DNA of 64,000 nucleotides from Candidatus Azambacteria bacterium (GTDB taxonomy: Bacteria > Patescibacteriota > Minisyncoccia > UBA10092): assembly GCA_016213445.1 (NCBI GenBank), contig JACRAJ010000001.1, forward strand, positions 206,203 through 270,202, written 5' to 3'. The first letter of the stretch is position 1, and every line of letters starts with the position of its first letter. The notes below the pieces were generated by a model. It was not told the DNA's origin and searched no databases. It saw only the letters and a program-made list of their open reading frames with translations. The translations under genes and the position numbers were made by a program. Positions 56,604 through 64,000 of this stretch are shown piece after piece.

Positions 56604-56771
56604 ATGAGAGACAGAAAACCCAAATTGGGGCGAGTATTTTTTAGGGTTGTCAGGTGGAATAAATTGGCGTGTCACTTGCGATTGCAGTCGGCGCGCTACC
56701 GCCATTATAAGCAAACACTGTATAATCCTTGCCATCGGTTGTATCGGTTTAATTTCCGACAGACTTTGTAA
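56604..56771 (+). CDS. Candidate 55-codon ORF for a very basic Cys/His-containing peptide, in the slot where rplA normally lies
   Basis: GGAGGA (56589-56594), 9 nt, ATG; MRDRKPKLGRVFFRVVRWNKLACHLRLQSARYRHYKQTLYNPCHRLYRFNFRQTL; followed by a strong terminator. May instead be a non-coding RNA. Confidence 0.3.
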   Translation: MRDRKPKLGRVFFRVVRWNKLACHLRLQSARYRHYKQTLYNPCHRLYRFNFRQTL

Positions 56772-56788
56772 GTTTTTAATGAAGCGAT

Positions 56789-56811
56789 CCCCGCCGAGGC
56801 GGGGTTTTTTT
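56789..56811 (+). terminator. Rho-independent terminator ending the secE-nusG-rplK unit
   Basis: CCCCGC-CGAG-GCGGGG followed by TTTTTTT. Confidence 0.85.
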
Positions 56812-56855
56812 ATTTGAGATATTATGGTACTTTTAAACTAAGTTTAAATACAAAC

Positions 56856-58325
56856 ATGGCTAAATACCAGCCGGTGATAGGTTTGGAAATACACGCGGAA
56901 CTGAAAACGAAAACAAAAATGTTTTGCGCGTGCAAAAACGATCCGGATGAACGCCATCCCAATGTTAATATTTGCCCGATTTGTTCCGGCCAGCCGGGTA
57001 CTTTGCCCGTTATCAATGAAGAAGCGGTTCATAAAGTTATCCGAGTTGGCTTGGCTGTGAAAAGTAAAATTTCGGAAATAACAAAATGGGACAGAAAAAA
57101 CTATTTCTATCCCGATTTGCCGAAAGGCTATCAGATATCGCAATATGACGAGCCGATTTGTTTGGGCGGAATTTTAAATATTCCGGGTTTTGAAAAGAAT
57201 ATCAAAATAACGCGAGTTCATCTTGAAGAAGACACGGGGCGGCTGGCTCACTTCGGCCATATAGGCCATTCTTTGGTTGATTTTAACCGCGCCGGCGTGC
57301 CGCTGATGGAGCTTGTAACCGAGCCGGATTTGAATTCCGGCGACGAGGCGAGCGCTTTTGCGCAGGAATTGCAATTATTATTGCGTTATCTCGGCGTTTC
57401 CGATGCCGATATGGAAAAAGGGCAAATGCGAGTCGAAGCTAATTTGTCGCTCAAAGTTGCGGGTGAAAAAGAATTCGGCGTTAAAGTTGAAATTAAAAAC
57501 TTGAACTCTTTTAAAGCCGTTCGCGACGCCGTAAATTACGAAATCAAGAGGCAAACTGCGCTTCTTGAAAGCGGCAAAAAAGTCGTTCAAGAAACGCGCG
57601 GCTGGAATGAAACCAATGGGGAAACGGTATCGCAAAGAATCAAGGAAGAATCGCACGACTATCGTTATTTTCCGGAACCGGATTTGCCGCCTTTAAAAAT
57701 AAATTTTGCGGTTGTGGAAGAATTTGAAAAAGGCTTGCCGGAATTGCCGGCCGATAAAAGGAAAAGATTCAAATCCGAATACAAATTGACCGCCAATCAA
57801 ATCGATATTTTGATTGGCGATGAAAAATTAGCCGGATTTTTTGAAAATGTTGTAAGCGAATCGTTAAGCAATATTGAGCCGGATATGGTTGAAAAAGAAA
57901 AACAGGCGATTGTGAACCTGGCGGCTAATTATATGCTTAGCGATTTTCTGGGCCTTTTAAACGAAGCTTCGGCCGAAGTTGACGATACGCGAATTGGCGC
58001 CGAAAATTTTGGCGAGTGGATTGAATTAATCCATAAGGGCGCAATCACTTCCCGCGCCGCCAAAGATATTTTAAAAGAAATGTGGGCGAGCGGGAAAGAT
58101 CCGTCGCAGATTATCGAAGAAAAAAATTTGGATCAAATTGAAGACGCGGGCGCTATTGAAAAAATCGCTTCAAAAGTTATCGCTGACAATCCGAAAGCCG
58201 CGGAGGATTATAAAAAGGGAAAAGAAACGTCGCTGCAATTTTTGGTTGGCGCGGTGATGAGAGAATCGCGGGGAACGGCGCGCGTTGAAATTACGGTTGA
58301 CATCTTGAAAAAGTTGCTAAAATAG
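56856..58325 (+). CDS. gatB: Asp/Glu-tRNA amidotransferase subunit B
   Basis: MAKYQPVIGLEIHAEL, CPICSGQPGTLP, RVHLEEDTG, C-terminal YqeY-like domain; start at ATG 56856. Confidence 0.95.
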   Translation: MAKYQPVIGLEIHAELKTKTKMFCACKNDPDERHPNVNICPICSGQPGTLPVINEEAVHKVIRVGLAVKSKISEITKWDRKNYFYPDLPKGYQISQYDEPICLGGILNIPGFEKNIKITRVHLEEDTGRLAHFGHIGHSLVDFNRAGVPLMELVTEPDLNSGDEASAFAQELQLLLRYLGVSDADMEKGQMRVEANLSLKVAGEKEFGVKVEIKNLNSFKAVRDAVNYEIKRQTALLESGKKVVQETRGWNETNGETVSQRIKEESHDYRYFPEPDLPPLKINFAVVEEFEKGLPELPADKRKRFKSEYKLTANQIDILIGDEKLAGFFENVVSESLSNIEPDMVEKEKQAIVNLAANYMLSDFLGLLNEASAEVDDTRIGAENFGEWIELIHKGAITSRAAKDILKEMWASGKDPSQIIEEKNLDQIEDAGAIEKIASKVIADNPKAAEDYKKGKETSLQFLVGAVMRESRGTARVEITVDILKKLLK

Positions 58326-58406
58326 TGTATACTTATAAAGTAATGGTAATTTAAGTTAAAGCCAAAAAGGTCTTTTCAATTTAATAATTTAAAGGAGGTG
58401 AGAGCG

Positions 58407-59165
58407 ATGGAAAAGTTATTCAGCATGGAAAAACTAGAGGCGCTTGTCGATTTTCAGGAGAAAATCGACAGGCTTAAATTTACCGATTTAGTGGATTTGT
58501 CGGTAAAACAAATCGCGGAAATTTTAAAAATTGAACGATGTTCTATTTTTAAAGTCAGCGAGGATTTTCAAAGGGTTTGCCTAATCGCCGCCGAACCTAG
58601 GGATGGCCATGGGTTGGGGATGAATTTTTTGCTCGACGAACTAAAGGCTGTAAAAAAAATCGTCGAGGATGGCAAATACCACGTGATAAACAATCCCATC
58701 GATAATGAATTAACCATCGCCAGCCGGGATCTGATTTATTATAAGTGTATTAATGCCATATTGTTCGTCCCTTTCATCGCCGGGGAAAAAGTAATTGGCG
58801 TGATCGCGATTGACGCGACGGGCGAGAAGAAGGGTTTTTATGAGGAGGAGATTTGTTTTTGTTTGAATATAGCCAACTTGATCGGCTTACTTCTTGAAAG
58901 AGACATGCTTTTAAAGAAAGAAGCCGAAAAAGAAAATCTCCTCATTTTGAGCCGATTGGTGGATGAAGCGGCCGACAGGTTGCGGAATCCTTTAACCGCT
59001 ATTGGCGGTTTCGCCAGAAGATTGGCGAAAAAATCGGCCGGATCGCTATTTCAAGAAGAAATAGCGACCATCATCGAAGAAGTGGAGAAAATGGAAGCGA
59101 ATTTCAACCAATTATTAGAAGAAATGAAGAGGTTGAGATCGCAAATTAAAACACAAGGCAATTAA
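58407..59165 (+). CDS. GAF-domain protein with a degenerate histidine-kinase dimerisation (DHp) helix and no ATPase domain
   Basis: AAGGAGGTG 8 nt upstream of the ATG; GAF-like region (ERCSIFKV...VIGVIAIDA); H-box-like AADRLRNPLTAIGGFARRL with Asp where the phospho-His is expected; protein ends ~55 aa later. Confidence 0.7.
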   Translation: MEKLFSMEKLEALVDFQEKIDRLKFTDLVDLSVKQIAEILKIERCSIFKVSEDFQRVCLIAAEPRDGHGLGMNFLLDELKAVKKIVEDGKYHVINNPIDNELTIASRDLIYYKCINAILFVPFIAGEKVIGVIAIDATGEKKGFYEEEICFCLNIANLIGLLLERDMLLKKEAEKENLLILSRLVDEAADRLRNPLTAIGGFARRLAKKSAGSLFQEEIATIIEEVEKMEANFNQLLEEMKRLRSQIKTQGN

Positions 59166-59201
59166 GAGGCGTGATGACTAAAAAGGTCCGCCTCTTTTTT
59201 T
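59164..59201. terminator. Bidirectional terminator between the GAF gene (+) and miaA (-)
   Basis: AAGAGGCG ... CGCCTCTT stem (17-nt loop) followed by TTTTTTT on the plus strand. Confidence 0.6.
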
Positions 59202-59204
59202 GTT

Positions 59205-60086
59205 TTAATACAATTTTTTTACAAGCTTTTCAGCTTCTTTATAATTTTTTATCCAATGAATTTTTTTGTCTTTTTTAAACCAGGTCATTTGGCGCTTGGC
59301 GTAATGTTCTATTTCTTTTTGCAGTTTTTCAACCATTTCATTGTAAGAAAGTTTATTTTGAAGGTAATAGGCGACATAGCGGTATTCCAGGCCGAAATCT
59401 TCAAGCCGTTTGTAGCTTAATCCTGATTTTTTTAAATTTATAACTTCTTTAACCAAGCCTTGTTTTAATCGCTTCAAAAGCCGTGTTTTTATCGCTTCTT
59501 TCAGTTCTTTGGCGTTTCGTTTTATTCCTATCAGCAGTGCTTCATATTTCGGCTCGGCTTTCAGCGCAGGCACTTTTTTGCCCGATTTAATGATTATTTC
59601 CAAAGCCCGGATCAAACGGCGGCGGTTGTTTTTATCTACATTTTCAGCCCGCCGCGGGTCCAATTTTTTCAGCCGGTTGAATAATTCTTTTGTTGATTTT
59701 TTTTCCAGTTCGGCTCGCAGTTTGGCGTCGGGTTTTATTTCCGGAATCGATATATTATCCGCGATGGTTTGGATGTAAAATCCGGTGCCGCCGACGATAA
59801 GGGGAATTTTTTTGCGGCCGTAAATTTTTTTTATGGCTTTTTCCGCCATTTTTTTAAATTGAGCGGCGGTGAACTGTTTTTTGGGGCTTGCGACATCCAA
59901 AAGATAGTGGGGGATTTTGCCCATTTCTTTTTTGGTCACTTTGCCCGTGCCGATATCCATGCCTTTGTAGACTTGGCGCGAATCGGCGGAAATAATCTCG
60001 CCGCCGAATTTTTTGGCGATTTTAATTGAAAGATCGGTTTTTCCCGACGCCGTCGGCCCGACAATCACGATGATTTTTTGTTTCAT
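59205..60086 (-). CDS. miaA: tRNA dimethylallyltransferase
   Basis: IIVIVGPTASGKTDLSI, ISADSRQVYKGMDIGTGK, 293 aa. Confidence 0.95.
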   Translation of the reverse strand: MKQKIIVIVGPTASGKTDLSIKIAKKFGGEIISADSRQVYKGMDIGTGKVTKKEMGKIPHYLLDVASPKKQFTAAQFKKMAEKAIKKIYGRKKIPLIVGGTGFYIQTIADNISIPEIKPDAKLRAELEKKSTKELFNRLKKLDPRRAENVDKNNRRRLIRALEIIIKSGKKVPALKAEPKYEALLIGIKRNAKELKEAIKTRLLKRLKQGLVKEVINLKKSGLSYKRLEDFGLEYRYVAYYLQNKLSYNEMVEKLQKEIEHYAKRQMTWFKKDKKIHWIKNYKEAEKLVKKLY

Positions 60087-60105
60087 ATTCTGTATAAAAT
60101 TTCAC

Positions 60106-60250
60106 TTCAAACCAATATAAATAATTTTTCTCGCGCATTCGGCCGCCCAGCGGCGACCTCATTGTCCGATGAAAGCGTTTTGCTCCGCTACGCGGAGACC
60201 ATGCCAAAACGCTTTCATAAGCTTCGTAAAATTATTTATATTGTTTTGAA
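60106..60250 (+). repeat. Family A structured intergenic element, copy 2
   Basis: About 97% identical to 40281-40425 including the outer stem; differences are a C-to-T in TTTTCCTCG, a G-to-A in the hp1 3' arm (C-A on plus, U-G on the transcribed minus strand) and a T-to-C in the hp2 loop. Confidence 0.9.
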
Positions 60251-60294
60251 ATAACCAATAATATATCCTAAACCCAATCTCATTGCTTTTTATC

Positions 60295-61491
60295 TCATGC
60301 TTTATTTTCAATCTCTTCTTTTATTTTTTCAACGAATTTTTCCAATTTCATTGCGCCCAAGTCGCCCTTGCCTCTTTGGCGAACCGCCACTGAACCATCT
60401 TTTTCTTCTTTTCCGCCAACAACAAGACTGTAGGGGATTTTTTCAATTTCGGCGTTGCGGATTTTTTTGCCAATGGTTTCGTTTGAGTCGTCCGCTTCGG
60501 CGCGAATGTTGTTTTTTGCAAGCTCGGCGCGGATTCTTTCGGCGTAATTTTCATTTTGCGATCCTATCGGCAAAATTCTTGCCTGAACCGGCGAGAGCCA
60601 CAAAGGAAAAGCGCCCTGGTAATTTTCAACCAAAATTCCGATGAATCTTTCAAACGAGCCGAAAACGGCGCGGTGGATCACAACCGGCCTCTCTTTTTTT
60701 CCTTCCGGGCCCGTAAAACTTAAGTTGAATTTTTCGGCAAGATTAAAATCGACTTGGATGGTGCCGAGTTGCCATGATCGGCCCAGAGAATCTTTGACGT
60801 GAATTTCTATTTTAGGGCCGTAAAAGGCTCCTTCTTTAGGCTGTAATTCGTATTTTATTTTATTTTTTTTCAAGGCTTGGGTCAGAGCATCCTCGGCTTT
60901 ATCCCATAAATTTTTATCGCCCATGGCTTTATCCGGGCGAGTGGCGAGATAATAAGCCGTTTTAAATTCGAAAATGGCGTAAAAATTATTTATCAAACTT
61001 ATCAACCCGTCGATTTCATCAAGCATCTGTTCGGGGCGGACGTAGATATGCGCGTCATCCATTGTGATTTGTCTCACTCTGAACAATCCGTTTAAAACCC
61101 CGGAGAGCTCTTTCCGGTGAAGCCGGCCGATTTCCGAAAATCGCAAAGGCAAGTCGCGCCAGCTTCTGGTTTTAGTCGAATAAACAATGGCGCTTTCGGG
61201 GCAATTCATCGGCTTTAAAACAAAAGTCTGGTTGTCGACTTTCAAAGTGAACATCAGGTCTTTATAAAACTGGAAATGGCCGGATTTTTCGAAAAGGTCT
61301 TTTCTGACCATGATGGGAGTTGATATTTCCTGATAATCTTGTTTGTCGAGCGCTTCGCGGATCGCTTTTTCAAGTTCTTTGAAAATTATCATCCCTTTGG
61401 GATGCCAGAAAGGAGCGCCCGGAGATATTTCATGGAAAGAATATAAATCAAGCTGCGCGCCCAATTCCTGATGACTCAATAATTTTTTCAT
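60295..61491 (-). CDS. thrS: Threonyl-tRNA synthetase, catalytic core plus anticodon-binding domain only (no TGS or editing domains)
   Basis: Starts at ...HQELGAQLDLYSFHEISPGAPFWHPKG (equivalent to E. coli ~residue 240); PMNCPES, TMDDAHIY, IHRAVFGS zinc/class II motifs; 398 aa; only 21 nt to the dnaE stop. Confidence 0.9.
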   Translation of the reverse strand: MKKLLSHQELGAQLDLYSFHEISPGAPFWHPKGMIIFKELEKAIREALDKQDYQEISTPIMVRKDLFEKSGHFQFYKDLMFTLKVDNQTFVLKPMNCPESAIVYSTKTRSWRDLPLRFSEIGRLHRKELSGVLNGLFRVRQITMDDAHIYVRPEQMLDEIDGLISLINNFYAIFEFKTAYYLATRPDKAMGDKNLWDKAEDALTQALKKNKIKYELQPKEGAFYGPKIEIHVKDSLGRSWQLGTIQVDFNLAEKFNLSFTGPEGKKERPVVIHRAVFGSFERFIGILVENYQGAFPLWLSPVQARILPIGSQNENYAERIRAELAKNNIRAEADDSNETIGKKIRNAEIEKIPYSLVVGGKEEKDGSVAVRQRGKGDLGAMKLEKFVEKIKEEIENKA

Positions 61492-61512
61492 TTTTTTGTA
61501 TTTTCTAAAATT

Positions 61513-64000
61513 TTAATTTTTTTCGGCGGAAACATTTGTTCGATATTCGGGCGGCGCAAATTCTTTGGCGCTGTTGCAAATGACGCTTAAAACGCCGTTG
61601 CGTTCCGACACTTTGCCCTGCACCAAAATAATGTTGTCTTCCCGCCAGATATCCGGATTTTTTTCCAGAATGTCGGGAAACACAACCACCTCTATTTTAT
61701 TAGCCCAATCTTCAAGTTTTGTAAAGAGCATTAATTTGCCGTTTTTAGCAACATGTTTCTGGACACCGGAAATAAGCCCGCCGATAATGACTTTTTGGTT
61801 TACCAAAGCTGGTTTTATTTTTTGAATCAATAACGATTTTTTTTCCATAATTTCCCTGTAATCATGCATCGGATGTTCCGAAATATACAATCCCAGCAGT
61901 TCTTTTTCCCAAGCCAGTTTTTCTTTTTTGACGGCCGGTTCGGCGTCTTTAAGTTTTAAAGGCGCCGCGGTTGAATAAGACGCGAAAAGGCCGGTTTGGG
62001 AGGATGCGCTGTTTTTATGCATGTCTCTCAAATAGCGCAAAAGCTCTTCGATGTTTACGTTCAGTCGGCGGCGCTCTTCGAAGCAATCGAAAGTTCCGCA
62101 TTTAATGAGCGCTTCAAGCGATTTTTTATTTAAGTCGCGCGACGGAATTCTTTCCAGAAAATTTTTGAGATCTAAAAACCGGCCGCTTTTTTTTCTTTCC
62201 GCGATTATGCTTTGAGTGGCGTTGTCGCTTAAATTTTTTATCGCCGACAGGCCGAATCTGATTTTTATCGGTTCATTTTTTAGCTCTTCGGAGATTTCGC
62301 CGTTTTCGGCAGGGTTAACCAAAGTGAAATTTTCCAAGCTTTCGTTTATGTCCGGCGGCAGAATGTCTATTCCCATTTTTTTGGCCTCGCCGATGATTAC
62401 AGCCACCCGTTCAAGGTTGAAACTTTCGGCGTTTAGAAGAGCGGTCATAAATTCTCCCGGGTAATTGGCTTTAAGATACGCCGTTTGGTAGGCGATAATG
62501 GCGTAACAGGCGGCGTGGGAGCGGTTGAATCCATACTGGGCGAAAGGCTCGACATATTGCCAGATTTTTTCCGCGATGATTCTCGGGATGCCGTTATTTA
62601 CCATTCCGCTCACAAGTTTTTCCGACTGTTCTTCCAAAAGTTTTTTGATTTTTTTACCGACGGCTTTTCTCAAAACATCGGCCTCGGCCAAGGTGAAGCC
62701 GCCGAGCTGGTTGGCGATTTGCATCAGCTGTTCCTGGTACACGGCGATGCCGTAAGTATTTTTTAAAATCGGCTCCAGTTTGGGATGAATGTAGGAAACT
62801 TTTTCATGTCCGTGTTTTCTCGCGATATAGTTGGGAATAAATTCCATCGGGCCGGGCCGGAACAAGGCCACCATTACAATAATATCTTCAATGTTGGTGG
62901 GTTTAAGCTCTTTTAAATAGCGTCTCATTCCCGAAGATTCAAGCTGGAAAACGCCGGTGGTGTCTGTTTTTTTCAAAAGCTCGAAAGTTTTTTCATCATC
63001 CAGCGGAATGTCATAAATGTCTATTTTTTCGCCGCGGTTTTTTTCGATAAGCTCGAGCGCTTTTTCAATAACGGTAAGGTTTCTTAGTCCCAGAATATCC
63101 ATTTTTAAAAGCCCTAACGATTCGACGGAGCGCATTTCGTATTGAGTCACCAAAGCCTGTTCTTCATCTTTTTTGCCGCCGGATTTTGTCGCCCATTGGA
63201 GGGGCATATAATCGGTGATCGGGTTTTTGGTGATGACGACGCCGCAAGCGTGGGTGGAAGCGTGGCGCGCCACTCTTTCCAGTTTTTTGGCGGTTTGGAC
63301 AAGTTGCCGCGCTTGGAGATCGGTGTCGATGGCTTGTTTCAGTTCGGCGGTGATTTCTATCGCTTTTTCAAGAGTGATGCCGGGCCCGAAAGGCACCATT
63401 TTGGCGATGGCGTCGCAAAAACTATAGCCGAAGCCCAAGGCGCGCCCGGCGTCGCGGATGGCGGCGCGCGCCGCCATTGTTCCAAAAGTGATAATCTGCG
63501 CCACGTGTTCGCGGCCGTATTTTTTAGCGATATATTCCAAAACCTCGCCGCGCCGATGGTCGGCGAAATCGAGGTCGATGTCGGGCGGCGCGATTCTGTC
63601 GGGATTAAGGAATCTTTCAAAAAGCAAATTGTATTTTATCGGATCGATATTGGTGATACCTGTTAAATACGAAATAAGCGAGCCGGCGGCGGATCCGCGC
63701 CCCGGCCCGACGGCGATTCCTTGGTTTCTTGCCCAATTTACAATGTCCCACACGATTAAGATATACGAAGCGAAACCGATTTTTTTAATTACGCCGATTT
63801 CAAATTTAAAACGGTCGGCCAATTCTTTCGGCGCTTCTTCAAGCGAGGCGCAATTAAACCTTTTTTTTAGGCCTTCCAGGGCGAGATTTTCTAGAAAGTT
63901 TTCGGCCGTTTCTCCGCTCGGCAGTTCGAATTGGGGAAAATGCAGGTTTCCGAATTCAAATTCAAAATCAATGGCATCGGCGATTTTCTTGGTGCTCAAA
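61513..64000 (-). CDS. dnaE: DNA polymerase III alpha subunit (C-terminal ~828 codons; 5' end outside window)
   Basis: PDIDLDF, palm/fingers (GLLKMDILGLRNL, FNRSHAACYA), beta-binding and OB-fold regions; ORF is open to the window edge. Confidence 0.95.
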   Translation of the reverse strand, partial: LSTKKIADAIDFEFEFGNLHFPQFELPSGETAENFLENLALEGLKKRFNCASLEEAPKELADRFKFEIGVIKKIGFASYILIVWDIVNWARNQGIAVGPGRGSAAGSLISYLTGITNIDPIKYNLLFERFLNPDRIAPPDIDLDFADHRRGEVLEYIAKKYGREHVAQIITFGTMAARAAIRDAGRALGFGYSFCDAIAKMVPFGPGITLEKAIEITAELKQAIDTDLQARQLVQTAKKLERVARHASTHACGVVITKNPITDYMPLQWATKSGGKKDEEQALVTQYEMRSVESLGLLKMDILGLRNLTVIEKALELIEKNRGEKIDIYDIPLDDEKTFELLKKTDTTGVFQLESSGMRRYLKELKPTNIEDIIVMVALFRPGPMEFIPNYIARKHGHEKVSYIHPKLEPILKNTYGIAVYQEQLMQIANQLGGFTLAEADVLRKAVGKKIKKLLEEQSEKLVSGMVNNGIPRIIAEKIWQYVEPFAQYGFNRSHAACYAIIAYQTAYLKANYPGEFMTALLNAESFNLERVAVIIGEAKKMGIDILPPDINESLENFTLVNPAENGEISEELKNEPIKIRFGLSAIKNLSDNATQSIIAERKKSGRFLDLKNFLERIPSRDLNKKSLEALIKCGTFDCFEERRRLNVNIEELLRYLRDMHKNSASSQTGLFASYSTAAPLKLKDAEPAVKKEKLAWEKELLGLYISEHPMHDYREIMEKKSLLIQKIKPALVNQKVIIGGLISGVQKHVAKNGKLMLFTKLEDWANKIEVVVFPDILEKNPDIWREDNIILVQGKVSERNGVLSVICNSAKEFAPPEYRTNVSAEKN

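Noticed and set aside
56574-56813. rplA pseudogene after rplK
   Set aside because: The region is far too short for L1, and none of the frames I translated shows L1-like sequence.

Overview
This 64-kb window comes from a small, AT-leaning bacterial genome. Its content and layout look like Candidate Phyla Radiation / Patescibacteria (Parcubacteria-like); this placement is my inference from gene content. Coding density is high and almost all genes are housekeeping.

Gene content:
- nusA, an H+-pyrophosphatase, valS, tsaD, recG and gpmI.
- A str-S10-spc ribosomal superoperon running rpsL-rpsG-fusA-[orf]-tuf-rpsJ...rplO-secY-adk-map.
- ruvX, tpiA, mltG, ligA, gatC/gatA (gatB is separate), pheST, gyrB, secE-nusG-rplK, miaA, a truncated thrS and partial dnaE.
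- 11 tRNAs.
- The only accessory block is a cell-surface cluster at 4.9-10.6 kb. It holds an orphan solute-binding protein, three TrbC/VirB2-like 'pilin' genes (one fused to a putative M15/LAS-type peptidase domain), an Ala/Pro/Lys-rich GC-rich gene, a Tyr/Ser-rich repeat protein and a sortase.

No CRISPR array, transposase or rRNA gene is present.

The most unusual signal is non-coding:
1. Two families of ~145-nt nested-hairpin elements (A x4, B x2). Their helices co-vary between copies and they fill intercistronic gaps almost exactly.
2. Long inverted repeats bracketing whole genes (rpsG, gatC) or bridging a stop codon to the next start codon.
3. A perfect 78-nt leader duplicated in front of nusG and rplK.
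4. Heptad-periodic AT-rich palindromes that also occur in-frame inside valS and tsaD.
5. A two-mode expression architecture. Most genes lack a Shine-Dalgarno. Several have a -10 box 6-7 nt from the ATG (leaderless), or start 2-3 nt after a tRNA. A handful of accessory genes carry strong GGAGG sites.

Coordinates of small features were counted by hand and may be off by 1-2 nt.
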